DNA of 64,000 nt from Candidatus Hydrogenedentota bacterium (GTDB lineage: Bacteria > Hydrogenedentota > Hydrogenedentia > Hydrogenedentales > SLHB01), in the NCBI GenBank assembly GCA_963745075.1, contig CAVUWV010000020.1:32001-96000 (forward strand), in the 5' to 3' direction. The position numbers and the translations under genes are program-made. The notes beneath the pieces were generated by a model. The model did not search any database and was not told the DNA's origin. It was given only the letters and a program-made list of their open reading frames with translations. Below, in pieces: positions 9,411 to 19,071 of the stretch (positions are counted from its first letter, which is position 1; each line of letters begins with the position of its first letter).

Positions 9411-10955
9411 CTACCGAGCGCCGTCAGATGGAGCGGGCACGGCGTCCGCATCCGCCCGGGAGGCTTGCCGAGGGGTCACGAGAACGGCGTAGGCGGCGAC
9501 CATCGCGAGAAAGACATATCCCTTTGCGTATAGCAGCCGCGGCATCGCCAGGGATGCAACCATCTGAGCGCCGAGCGCTGCCGCCAGGCCCCGCATGAAG
9601 TACCGTTGGACAGGGTCTGTCAGAAGCGCGATCCGGCGGCACGTTTCCATGAAGAGCCCGCCGTAACCGAGCAGGATGATTCCCGTTCCGAGCAGGCCGC
9701 CCTTGAACAGGTAGTACATCCACACGTTGTGAATCGTCTGAAACGAACTTTGGGCGTACGCGATCTGACTGGTCTTCGTGGCCAAGCCAAGCGCTTCGAA
9801 CGTACTGCCCATCCCGGTGCCGATTACCGGATGGCGGGCAAAGGCCCGGTAAGCGCCACTGATTTCCACCAGACGATTCTGCAGGGAGACACCAACCCGC
9901 GGAAACGCCGACATCAAGGTTTCGTGTAAGACCGTGGAGAACATTCCGAGGATTATTACGGCAACTACCGTACCGAGCCAGGCAATGGTGAATCGCGCGC
10001 GATTGCTGGGCAAGGCCAGAAAGGCGAGCAAGGCCAGGGAAACAAGTACCGAGACGTAGGCCGTGCGCATCATGGTAATGGCGATTGCGACGCTCAGAAT
10101 TCCGATGAAACCGAAATAGACAAACCTGCGGCGTCGCGTAAGGACGGGGCCGAATGCGAGGCTAGTCAACACCACGAGACAGACCTCGTAGTACATGTGC
10201 CCGGCGGGCCGGACGGATTGAACGAGTTTGCCCGCGATGCGGCGCTGTACAAATTCGCCTAAGACGTTTTGCGTGCTGACGACATGGCCGGATAGGAAGG
10301 TATACGCAAAGAACGCAATGGAAACCGTGGCGGTCACAATCGTGGCGCCAACTAGGAGCCGGGCGTACCAGCGGAGATCCTGTTTCGCTCCCAAGCCGAC
10401 AAAAACGCAAAACGACGCCAGAAACACAGGCGAACGAATTTCGGAGACGATGAGATGAAAATTGCGCTGCTGCACGATTCCCCAGAAGGCTGTGAGCGCG
10501 AAGAATGCAGCGATGCATCCCACGAACAGGTTGATGGGATCGGCAACGAAGTGCACACGCCCGATCGCCAGTCTAATCGTGAAATGGGCGAGGACCACCG
10601 CGAAGAGCAATTCGCGCGGGTGCCATTCGATACCCGCGGCGGCGATGGTGAAAAAGGAGCGGAACTGGTGGGTGAACGCCATGAAGAGCACGAACAGGGC
10701 GATGACATATCGCGAGGGCATGGCCAGCAATGCGACACCGCCAACCGCCAATGCGGCGAGGGCAAGGGCGATGACCGGGCCGAGAATTCCGATCGCGGCG
10801 ACGACGACTCCGACAAGCACAATCTGCTGAACGAGGATTGTCCGGTCATCCCTCGGAAAGAGTATCCGGGTCAATATCCTGTTTATGGAAATGGCAGGTG
10901 TGGCCACGGTTGGCGATCCCTTTGACTCCGTGCGGAATGTGGAACGTGCAGACAA
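9411..10955 (-). CDS. O-antigen ligase/polymerase (Wzy_C/WaaL-like) membrane protein
   Basis: Many TM helices, ITMMRTAY, R..EISGAY..F.RHPVIGTGMG and HNVWMYYLFKGGLLG; lies in a polysaccharide cluster. Confidence 0.82.
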   Translation of the reverse strand: MSARSTFRTESKGSPTVATPAISINRILTRILFPRDDRTILVQQIVLVGVVVAAIGILGPVIALALAALAVGGVALLAMPSRYVIALFVLFMAFTHQFRSFFTIAAAGIEWHPRELLFAVVLAHFTIRLAIGRVHFVADPINLFVGCIAAFFALTAFWGIVQQRNFHLIVSEIRSPVFLASFCVFVGLGAKQDLRWYARLLVGATIVTATVSIAFFAYTFLSGHVVSTQNVLGEFVQRRIAGKLVQSVRPAGHMYYEVCLVVLTSLAFGPVLTRRRRFVYFGFIGILSVAIAITMMRTAYVSVLVSLALLAFLALPSNRARFTIAWLGTVVAVIILGMFSTVLHETLMSAFPRVGVSLQNRLVEISGAYRAFARHPVIGTGMGSTFEALGLATKTSQIAYAQSSFQTIHNVWMYYLFKGGLLGTGIILLGYGGLFMETCRRIALLTDPVQRYFMRGLAAALGAQMVASLAMPRLLYAKGYVFLAMVAAYAVLVTPRQASRADADAVPAPSDGAR

Positions 10956-11120
10956 AGGCTAGCCGAGGTTGGCGAGCGTGTCAAGAACGAAACGTACCCT
11001 CTCGGAGGTTGAGCGACCCGGTTGACACGTGCATACTGTCCGCCGTTGCACGGCGCGCAAGCCGAAGCCGGAAACCATGCTGCTTCCGGCGGGCGCGGGT
11101 AATCACGGGCACCAATCTCG

Positions 11121-12686
11121 ATGAAAGCACTATCAAAGTATATCTGGAACTGCGGCATTATCGCCTTGGTTACGTTCGCCATTTTGGCGGTGGTCGAAGT
11201 GGCGGCACGCACGTTCGTCGACCCGGTTCCGCCGAATATCCACGACCGCCCCGAATCCTTCGACGTGGCCGCCAAGCCGCCGGACGTTTACCGCATCGTC
11301 ACGATTGGCGGTTCGACGGTTGCGGGGTGGCCGATGCCGGAACTTGGATTCTCGGCGCAGTTGGAATCGGCGTTGAAGCGGTTGCGGCCAGACGCGCCGG
11401 TTGAAGTGGTTAACCTGGGCTATTTGGGCAAGAGTTCGGAATATGTTCGGCGCATGGTTCAGGACTGTCCGCAATACGCTCCCGACTGCATCGTTGTCTT
11501 GTCTGGGCACAACGAGTTTCTGAATCGAACAGACGAAGACCAGTCGCTGACGGCCAAGCTCCGGCGGGCGACACTCGGTCTTGCATCGGTACGGTACCTG
11601 CTCGCACATACGACTGGGGAGAAAACGGAAGAACCCAATCCCAACTACTACCTGCCCGAACAGATCCAACCGTACGACCGCGCGTCCGCGTGGTTCCAGA
11701 ATCGCATCAAACGCCACCGAAGGAACATGGAGGAGGTGGCGTCTTGGGCGCGGTCTCATGACGTACCGCTCATCATGTGTACGCTCGCGCCAAACCTGGC
11801 GGATTGGCCGCCGGTGTACCGGTTTCTTTCCCAATCAAAGGCGGACCCGAACTACGAGGCGGATGTCCAAACGGCAAAGGGATTCCTGAGGGACGGAAAG
11901 TTGGATGAAGCCGAAGGTATTGTGAATGAACCGCTTTCAGCGTATGGCGACGACGCGATGATGCTCTATTTGAAAGGTCAGATCTGCCGTCAGCGAGGTC
12001 AATTCGATGAGGCGTTGAAATTATTCGTCCGGGCAAAAGATATGGATCCGTTCCCGCAACGGGTGTTATCGAAGATGAACGACAACATCCGATCAGTGGC
12101 CAAGGAAACCGGTGTCGTCCTGGCGGACATCGCCCAGGCGTTCGAGGACGAGGCCCCCCATCATCTCATCGGGAGGGAATTGATTGGGGATAACGTTCAT
12201 CCTTCTATCTTGGGACACGCACTCATTGCGCGCGAACTCGTGCGCGCCATGGCCAGCCACGATATATTCCTGGCGGGAGACGCACTGGACGTTACTTCCG
12301 GCTCCCCCGAAGACTGGAAAGCCGCTTTTCTGGCCGAGATTCCGAGTGATGGGAAGAAGCGTTGGCTGGATTTCAAGGTCGCCGCAGCGGAAAGCAAGTA
12401 TTGTCAGAAGTATCCCTTCTTCGATTTTGATCTCGCCATATCCTACAAGCGGAAAGCGATCGATTTGGCGCAGTCCATCAATAACGACGACTGGGGGCTG
12501 TACGGGGAATTGGGTACGCTTCTCATCATGACAGGGAAAACGGAGGAAGGCCTTGACCAGCTACGGCATGCAACGGCCATGAAAGGATCGCCGCTGGACC
12601 CGAGCGACCGGGGCTCGGTCAATTGGTTGAACGAGGCGCTTTCAAAAGCAAACGTCAGTCTCGCTGCGCTGGGAACGGGTAGGTAA
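11121..12686 (+). CDS. Membrane-anchored SGNH/GDSL hydrolase-like protein with TPR repeats
   Basis: IGGSTVAG (block I), VVNLG, SGHNEF and DNVHP (block V); TPR-like helices; N-terminal TM anchor. Confidence 0.78.
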   Translation: MKALSKYIWNCGIIALVTFAILAVVEVAARTFVDPVPPNIHDRPESFDVAAKPPDVYRIVTIGGSTVAGWPMPELGFSAQLESALKRLRPDAPVEVVNLGYLGKSSEYVRRMVQDCPQYAPDCIVVLSGHNEFLNRTDEDQSLTAKLRRATLGLASVRYLLAHTTGEKTEEPNPNYYLPEQIQPYDRASAWFQNRIKRHRRNMEEVASWARSHDVPLIMCTLAPNLADWPPVYRFLSQSKADPNYEADVQTAKGFLRDGKLDEAEGIVNEPLSAYGDDAMMLYLKGQICRQRGQFDEALKLFVRAKDMDPFPQRVLSKMNDNIRSVAKETGVVLADIAQAFEDEAPHHLIGRELIGDNVHPSILGHALIARELVRAMASHDIFLAGDALDVTSGSPEDWKAAFLAEIPSDGKKRWLDFKVAAAESKYCQKYPFFDFDLAISYKRKAIDLAQSINNDDWGLYGELGTLLIMTGKTEEGLDQLRHATAMKGSPLDPSDRGSVNWLNEALSKANVSLAALGTGR

Positions 12687-12712
12687 ACAACGCAACCAAC
12701 GTCGAAGACGGG

Positions 12713-13846
12713 CTATACCTGAGATGTCAGACGGAGAAGCGCGTCGTGGGTCTTTTGGGCCGCGTCAACCCAGGTAAATTGTGTTGCGCGCTCCAGGCCC
12801 TTAATCTCAAGCTTGTGGCGTAGCGCATCATCCGTCAGCATGAGTTCGAGGGCGTCTGCGATCGCGGTGACATCCCAGGGATCGACGGTCAAGCCCGCGT
12901 CCCCGATGACCTCCGGCAGGGAGGAGCAATTCGACGTAAGAACGGCGGTTCCGCAGGCCATCGCCTCGGCAACCGGCATCCCGAAACCTTCCCAAAGAGA
13001 TACGAGCGCCAGCGCGTCCGCACCGCTCATCAGCGTGGGCAGGTCGGTTTCGGGCACAAATCCCGGGAATGTGATAAAGGGAGCGGCACTCGAGGCTTCG
13101 GCTCGCGCGTAGACCCGCTCGTACATCCACCCGCGGTCGCCCGCAATAACCAGGTGATGGGGAAGGTTCGGGCGTCGGGTTCGCACTTTGGCAAACGCGT
13201 CAATCAGGCGCTCGATGTTCTTACGCGGTTGCAGTCTGCCCACATACAAGATGTACCGTTGCGGCAGATCGTGCGTAGCACGCAATTGCTCCAGCCTGCG
13301 AGGATCGTCGCAGGGGCGAAATCGTTCTGAAACGCCCATGTGGGTTACCGTAACCGCTTCGGGCGACAGACCAAAGCGCCGGATCATATCTTGTTTGGTG
13401 GCGTTGCTGATCGCGAAGAAATGGCTGGCCCGGCGGGCGGCGTATCGGGCTTGCATGCGGCTACGAAATCGCGTTGACCGGGTAAAATACTCACCAAATT
13501 CGAAGAACGCGAGATCGTGCATCGTTGCCACGACCGGGCACGGAATGAGCAACGGTATCTGCGTGGTAGGGGCAAAGAAGATGTCCGGAGGGTTTCGACG
13601 CAATTCGCGGCCCAACACGCGTTGGCTCCAACCTCGCCTTCTCTCCAGTACCCGAATTTCCGCGCCAACGTTGGATACCGGGAAATGGGGAAGCGGAAAA
13701 CGATCGAGATAGAGCCGGAGGATCAGGTCGCCGCAAAGCGGCGCCAACGCCTTCAACACCTCGTAACAGTAATTGCCGACGCCGGCGCGGACCGTCTCGT
13801 TGGCAACGCGCGCATCGACACCGACGATCAACCGCTTACGCTTCAT
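12713..13846 (-). CDS. Glycosyltransferase family 4 (mannosyltransferase-like)
   Basis: TMHDLAF, YVGRLQPRKN and SLWEGFGMPVAEAMACG. Confidence 0.92.
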   Translation of the reverse strand: MKRKRLIVGVDARVANETVRAGVGNYCYEVLKALAPLCGDLILRLYLDRFPLPHFPVSNVGAEIRVLERRRGWSQRVLGRELRRNPPDIFFAPTTQIPLLIPCPVVATMHDLAFFEFGEYFTRSTRFRSRMQARYAARRASHFFAISNATKQDMIRRFGLSPEAVTVTHMGVSERFRPCDDPRRLEQLRATHDLPQRYILYVGRLQPRKNIERLIDAFAKVRTRRPNLPHHLVIAGDRGWMYERVYARAEASSAAPFITFPGFVPETDLPTLMSGADALALVSLWEGFGMPVAEAMACGTAVLTSNCSSLPEVIGDAGLTVDPWDVTAIADALELMLTDDALRHKLEIKGLERATQFTWVDAAQKTHDALLRLTSQV

Positions 13847-14178
13847 AAGGTTTTCGGCCCACCACGAGGAAACTGTCGTCGCGGTCGAGTAGCTGGTCCA
13901 TCACGAAGAAACGTCCAGTTTCAGGTAACGCAGGAGATCGACAATTTCATTTTGAGTCCACACGTGATGATGAATATGACCGTGGCAGTAGTGGCGGACG
14001 ACCGTTCGCGTGAAATAAACGTTTAGAAACATCGTCTTTGGTTTGACGGCCCACTTGGCCGCGTCGCGAATCCACTCGGCGAGTCGTGCGCGTACAGACT
14101 GAACGGGGCGTCTCCTCACGATACGGCCCCGGTCGCACACGTTTGGATTACGGCGTTCTGAGTTTCGGTCACCTTCAT
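13836..14178 (-). pseudogene. Short, frameshifted remnant of a probable SAM-methyltransferase gene with internal deletion
   Basis: ATG overlaps the upstream stop (ATGA) and the 3' end overlaps the next start; pieces read ...TVVRHYCHG|HIHHHVWTQNEIVDLLRYL...DSFLVVGRK across frames. Confidence 0.45.
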
Positions 14179-15089
14179 ACCGTCTCCAGGAACGCGGAAT
14201 CTATCCGGGCGGCATATTCCGGCATCACCAGACCATGGAGCCTGTCTCGGAACGGATAAAATGCTTCTCCAGGAGTCCGGGGCTCCAGGGAACTCCCGGC
14301 GCAATCCTCGCGCACGTAGAACGCGTTGACTCCGGACGAATCGCAGCCGATCAGGACGTACCCCTTCTCATGCCCCAGCTTGGTCAGTGCGGCGAGCGAT
14401 GCGCCGAAACAAAGGGAATCGTGACCGGCGCGAAACCGGTCGAACGCGGGGTCGTATTTCAGGGTAACGGAATGTTCGCTCCCGAAAACTCCGTTGTACT
14501 CGATCACTACCACGCGGGGATTCACGGCTTCGACGGCCTTCCAGACCCAATAGTCGTTTCCGTCGATGTCGATGGAGAGCAGATCGATCTCTCCCTTGAA
14601 TCCGTGTTGCCGAAAGAGGTCGTTTACATTTTCCGCGGTGACGAATGCCTGCGCGATTTGAACGTCACCGGCGCGTTCAACCAAACGTTCCCGATAGTAT
14701 TGTTTCGCAACGGCGACGTTACGTTCGGAACCGTCCATCATGAGGCCCTGCCATCCGAAATTGATACTGAGATTGGCGGAATTGCATTCCGTGCCATCAC
14801 TCACGCCGAACTCGATAAAGCGCCGATCCGTCGTACCAATTTTGGAAAAGATATAGAGCAAGATCCCGTCCTCGCCATTCTGCGAAAAAACCTGCATTTC
14901 GTGACGATTCAGCGGCGAATGAAACCGACCGTCGGGCAACTGATCTGCAAACTTTTCTCTCAGGAGCGTATCGGACACGAGGGCGAGGTGCCGTTCGAGC
15001 ACGTAAAACAGGCGCGGTGCGTCCATGAACGCGCGCAACCTTTCACGCCAAGGTTCGGGCAATAAACGTTTTGCAACGGAACGAATCAC
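14175..15089 (-). CDS. FkbM-like SAM-dependent methyltransferase-fold protein
   Basis: SQNGEDGIL, FIEFG, DLLSIDIDGNDYWVW, VVIEYN, GASLAAL and GVNAFYVR. Confidence 0.8.
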   Translation of the reverse strand: MIRSVAKRLLPEPWRERLRAFMDAPRLFYVLERHLALVSDTLLREKFADQLPDGRFHSPLNRHEMQVFSQNGEDGILLYIFSKIGTTDRRFIEFGVSDGTECNSANLSINFGWQGLMMDGSERNVAVAKQYYRERLVERAGDVQIAQAFVTAENVNDLFRQHGFKGEIDLLSIDIDGNDYWVWKAVEAVNPRVVVIEYNGVFGSEHSVTLKYDPAFDRFRAGHDSLCFGASLAALTKLGHEKGYVLIGCDSSGVNAFYVREDCAGSSLEPRTPGEAFYPFRDRLHGLVMPEYAARIDSAFLETV

Positions 15090-15128
15090 CGCGTCACCTC
15101 TGGCAAGTCGGTATAAAGAGATCCACCT

Positions 15129-16616
15129 TCATTCGGCTGAGTTCTCCGGTATTGTGCCGCGTTGACGCTGCGTAGCCGGTAACAGAAAACCGGCTACCTG
15201 CGTCAATTGGCGAATCGTCACAACGGAACAGGCCAAGCAGATCCCCACAAACAACGCGAGTGCAGCGGTGCGCCCCAAGTACGAGGGCACATTCTGCCCT
15301 AAGGCCAAGCACATCGCCATTGCCAACTGGGGAATAGCCACGCGTGTCAAGCGCAACGCGAGACCGGATCGTTGAACCAGCCACGCTTGTAGTCCCGCAC
15401 TGACGCACACGGTGCACAAAAACGACCAACTGGCGCCCATGATACCATAGCGAGGAATCAGGACGCAGTTCATGGCGACACTGATCGCCGCCGACGCGAC
15501 GTTCGCCCAGGTTACCAACGCGGGTCTACCCATCCCGATCAGGGACTGCCCGAAGATTCCAGCCTGAAGGGCGATACAGGTGCCGGTCAGAAGGAGCCAC
15601 AAAACCGGCAGGGACTCCACATATTTCTCTGAAAACAGCGTAACAATGAGCGGGCGCTGTACCACCAGGATCGCCAGCACACTGGCGTAGCCCAAGAAGG
15701 CCGTCAAGCCCAGTGTTTTGTCGAGCAGTCGTGCGGCGCCGTCGCGGTCGCCGACGGCTAGACGCGCGGAGATGCCGGGAAGGTACGGCACCAGCGAAGC
15801 CATGAGAACGCGGCTGAACATATTCGGCACGCGTTTGGCCATTTCGTAGTATGCGACCAGGATGGGGTTGCCAAGCAATACGGCCAGAAGAAAGGTATCG
15901 AACCGTTGAAAGATGAAGCCCATGAGGTTGTTGACGTACAACGGGCCGCTGAAGCGCACCGCATCCCGGTAGTCACGCCAGCGCGGGCGCGGCATCGCGC
16001 CGCGTAAGACATTCAGGTTCAGCCAAAGGGCCGCCGCTACGTATGCCGTGCCGGTGCACATGATGAGCGAGAGCAGTCCGCCGCCTCGCCACCAGATGAA
16101 GATGGATACGAGAACGACGTTCGTGAGGGCGCCGATTACCAAGGCAACGGCGCGAGCCCCGAAGCGATTGAGGCCGGCCATGGCTGCGAGGGCGGTGTCG
16201 CGTTGCGTCGCAATGAGGGTTAGTATGGGAACCGCCCACAGGAATGGGTATAGGCTCAGCCAGTTCTCATTCGAGGAGATGGCGGCCGGATTTGGAATCA
16301 GCTTCCACGCGAGCAGGAATATGATTCCGACGGCGACCGAAACCAGGAACTGCACCACGAGAATGGAAGCCGAGGTTTCGCTCCGTTCGTCGGCTGGGAG
16401 TCCGGCGACGATCTTGGGAAGTGCAGAATGCAATCCAAAGCTCGATGCGAGGAGCAGGCAGTCGCTGGCGAGAATGAGGAGCCAGAAGACGCCGACTTCG
16501 GACTCGGGAAGGATATGGCCGAAGATGGCCGCGGCGCCCAATTGCCCAGCCATGGAGAGCACCATCCCCACGCCGGAAAGGAAGGCGCCGCGCACGAGGG
16601 TCCTTCCGGCGGTCAT
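15129..16616 (-). CDS. Oligosaccharide flippase (Wzx-like)
   Basis: About 14 TM helices; QRFDTFLL, VAYYEMAKR and LIPRYGIMGA typical of polysaccharide exporters. Confidence 0.87.
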   Translation of the reverse strand: MTAGRTLVRGAFLSGVGMVLSMAGQLGAAAIFGHILPESEVGVFWLLILASDCLLLASSFGLHSALPKIVAGLPADERSETSASILVVQFLVSVAVGIIFLLAWKLIPNPAAISSNENWLSLYPFLWAVPILTLIATQRDTALAAMAGLNRFGARAVALVIGALTNVVLVSIFIWWRGGGLLSLIMCTGTAYVAAALWLNLNVLRGAMPRPRWRDYRDAVRFSGPLYVNNLMGFIFQRFDTFLLAVLLGNPILVAYYEMAKRVPNMFSRVLMASLVPYLPGISARLAVGDRDGAARLLDKTLGLTAFLGYASVLAILVVQRPLIVTLFSEKYVESLPVLWLLLTGTCIALQAGIFGQSLIGMGRPALVTWANVASAAISVAMNCVLIPRYGIMGASWSFLCTVCVSAGLQAWLVQRSGLALRLTRVAIPQLAMAMCLALGQNVPSYLGRTAALALFVGICLACSVVTIRQLTQVAGFLLPATQRQRGTIPENSAE

Positions 16617-18034
16617 GGGTTACGGTCTCCGCGATTCCGATGCACGATGGTAATGCTCCGGATGGATTGGTCCCGGGCTAGGCTGTCCCCTGGGGGCCAT
16701 TCTCGGCCAAGCCGGAGTCGAGGTACTTCGCAAAACGGCGTAAAGAAATCACGGAGAAGAAGTGGACGGGGGCGATCAACGCGCCCAAAATCATGGCGAT
16801 CGAGTACGGTCACACTTCGATGGGGGCCGACTTTTCTTTCGGGAGGGACTGCGGCGTAGGCGATCTTGAGATCGGGTTCGGTCTCGGCTTCGGCGATGCG
16901 CGCGGCTTCCAGGTTTTCGGCCACCCGTTTGTACTGGTCCTGGGACACTTCGGCGCGGCGCTTGAGTTCGGTTTGCACGCGCGTCTGCTCGGCGAGGTTT
17001 TGTTGCAGTGTAGCCACGTCGGCGTGGAGATCTTCGAGAGCGGCAATGGTTACTTCGCGTTTCTTAATCAAACCGGAAACCGTGGACTTCAGCGTGTCCG
17101 CTTTCTCCTTCAGTTTGAGGTACAAATCATTGACGACCTCCGATTCCAACACGTCCGACGAATCGGGATTGCCTTTGCCGGTGGCCTTCATAAGCCAATA
17201 GGCCTCGTCGGAGGGCGCCTTTCGCAGCGTCGTCTTCTCGCTGGTGTCCGCCAGGGCGGCATCGAGTTCCTGCAACTGGGCTTGCTGGTCTTCGATATCG
17301 GTGGTCAACCGAACCCGATCGAGTTCGTATTGCGTGACGAGTTCCTGCATGGCCTGCAATCGAAGGACCATATCGTCGATATCCCACTTGGTCTCGTGTT
17401 CCTGAATCTCCTTCTCGGTCTCTTCGAGTTCATTGTTGACCTGCTCGAACCGGCCGTTCAGGAACTCGACCGATCCGGTCTTTCCCTTGGCGCTGATGTC
17501 CTTGGACAGTGCGATGGCCAATTTGGACCATTCATTCGCCATGTCTGCCGCGATGGTGGGATCGGCGGCCTTGTACGAAAGGGTAATCAAGGGGAGGTAT
17601 TCCACTTCATATGCGGTTTGCTTCAGGATGGTGGTGCGCAAGCCCATGGATTCCCGGACGACTTCAAGCGGCACGTCGACTTCTTTTCCCCGCTCGGCAT
17701 AGAGACTCGTGAGTTTGTCACGGAGCTGCTTCACAATCTCTGCGTTGCGAAGCAGAACGTCATACCCTGGAACGCTTAGCGGCCGACCCATCAGAAAACC
17801 GATCTGGGTCGCCGGGCTTTGCTCTGGGTTTTGCTTGTTCCCCTGCACAGCCTGATTGAGGGGAAGCGGCGCCAGGAGCAGGCCGCTCTCCGCGGCGTAT
17901 TCGTTCTTCAAGGTCAACGTATACACGGCGGCAATCGCGCCGGCCAGTAAACCCAGAAAGACGGTCCGCCGCATCAACTTGGCTACGGTAGAGACACCGG
18001 TCATCGGTGCGTCGCTCTCGTTCTCTGACGCCAT
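16613..18034 (-). CDS. Wzz/GumC-type polysaccharide chain-length determinant; C-terminal TM segment probably frameshifted near 16800
   Basis: N-terminal TM, Y.A.S.LL, long coiled coil and A.PPERKVGP; reading becomes non-TM right after the Pro-rich motif. Confidence 0.8.
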   Translation of the reverse strand: MASENESDAPMTGVSTVAKLMRRTVFLGLLAGAIAAVYTLTLKNEYAAESGLLLAPLPLNQAVQGNKQNPEQSPATQIGFLMGRPLSVPGYDVLLRNAEIVKQLRDKLTSLYAERGKEVDVPLEVVRESMGLRTTILKQTAYEVEYLPLITLSYKAADPTIAADMANEWSKLAIALSKDISAKGKTGSVEFLNGRFEQVNNELEETEKEIQEHETKWDIDDMVLRLQAMQELVTQYELDRVRLTTDIEDQQAQLQELDAALADTSEKTTLRKAPSDEAYWLMKATGKGNPDSSDVLESEVVNDLYLKLKEKADTLKSTVSGLIKKREVTIAALEDLHADVATLQQNLAEQTRVQTELKRRAEVSQDQYKRVAENLEAARIAEAETEPDLKIAYAAVPPERKVGPHRSVTVLDRHDFGRVDRPRPLLLRDFFTPFCEVPRLRLGREWPPGDSLARDQSIRSITIVHRNRGDRNP

Positions 18035-18314
18035 ACAACTCCCTCGCGATCGACCGTACACCCGCGGGCATTTCAGTAGGTCTTCAGGTTCGACGAAACC
18101 TTGCACGAGCAAAGTTTGCATGCCTGTGCCAGCGCCGCGGCACCCTCGCGTGGCGATTATAGTGAGGCATCTGAATCAGTGCAAACGAACCCCGGTTTGT
18201 GTTCGACCGGCGGGTGCTGGCACTATATGCCGCATCCGACGGACGGCATGGGTGCGCCGTGCCGTTCTACCGAAACGTAGGCCAATGAGGGGTCCAACTC
18301 CAGGATTTCCTGTT

Positions 18315-19067
18315 TTGATCGAAGTCTCTGCCTTTCAAAAAAGCTATCGCGACACGGTTGCCGTCGAGAATCTGTCGTTTTCGGTTGAACCGGGCCAAAT
18401 CCTTGGTTTGGTGGGACCCAATGGGGCCGGGAAGACATCGACGCTGCGGAGCATCGCCGGCATTATTCCACCCACGAGCGGGCGCTTGCTCGTCGCGGGG
18501 CATGACATCGTCACGGACGCGATTGCGGCCAAGTCCAAGCTGGCCTATGTGCCGGACGACCCGAAGCTGTTCGATACCCTGACCGTGTGGGAGCACCTGG
18601 AGTTCATGGCGGCGGCGTACGGGGTCAGCGGCTGGAAAGAAAAGGGCTCGGCGCTTCTTCAACGGTTCGAATTGGAGGAGAAACGCAACACGCTGGCCCA
18701 GGAGCTGTCGCGGGGCATGCGTCAAAAGGTCGCCATTTGTTGCGCGTACCTGCACGACCCCAAAGTGATTCTTTTTGACGAACCCCATACGGGTCTCGAT
18801 CCGCGGGGCATTCGCACGATGCGGGAATCGGTGGAGGAACGGGTCGTAGCGGGGGCGACCGTGGTAATCAGTTCACACTTGCTGGAGATTGTCGAAGACA
18901 TGTGCACGCACCTCCTCATTCTGCACAAGGGGCGGCGCATGTTTCTCGGGACGCTGGCCGAGGCTCGTTCCGCGTTCGGGGACCTCGAGGGCAACGCGCG
19001 GCTGGAGGACGTGTTCTTCCGCATTACGGAAGAAGGCGCAGTCGCCGGTTCCGATACGTCGAGTTAA
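18315..19067 (+). CDS. ABC transporter ATP-binding protein
   Basis: GPNGAGKT Walker A, LSRGMRQK signature, ILFDEPHTGLD Walker B and SSH switch; TTG start inferred. Confidence 0.95.
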   Translation: MIEVSAFQKSYRDTVAVENLSFSVEPGQILGLVGPNGAGKTSTLRSIAGIIPPTSGRLLVAGHDIVTDAIAAKSKLAYVPDDPKLFDTLTVWEHLEFMAAAYGVSGWKEKGSALLQRFELEEKRNTLAQELSRGMRQKVAICCAYLHDPKVILFDEPHTGLDPRGIRTMRESVEERVVAGATVVISSHLLEIVEDMCTHLLILHKGRRMFLGTLAEARSAFGDLEGNARLEDVFFRITEEGAVAGSDTSS

Positions 19068-19071
19068 GTTC

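Noticed and set aside
11022..11040. TTGACA promoter candidates (also 38353, 60879)
   Set aside because: No convincing -10 element at 16-18 bp spacing.
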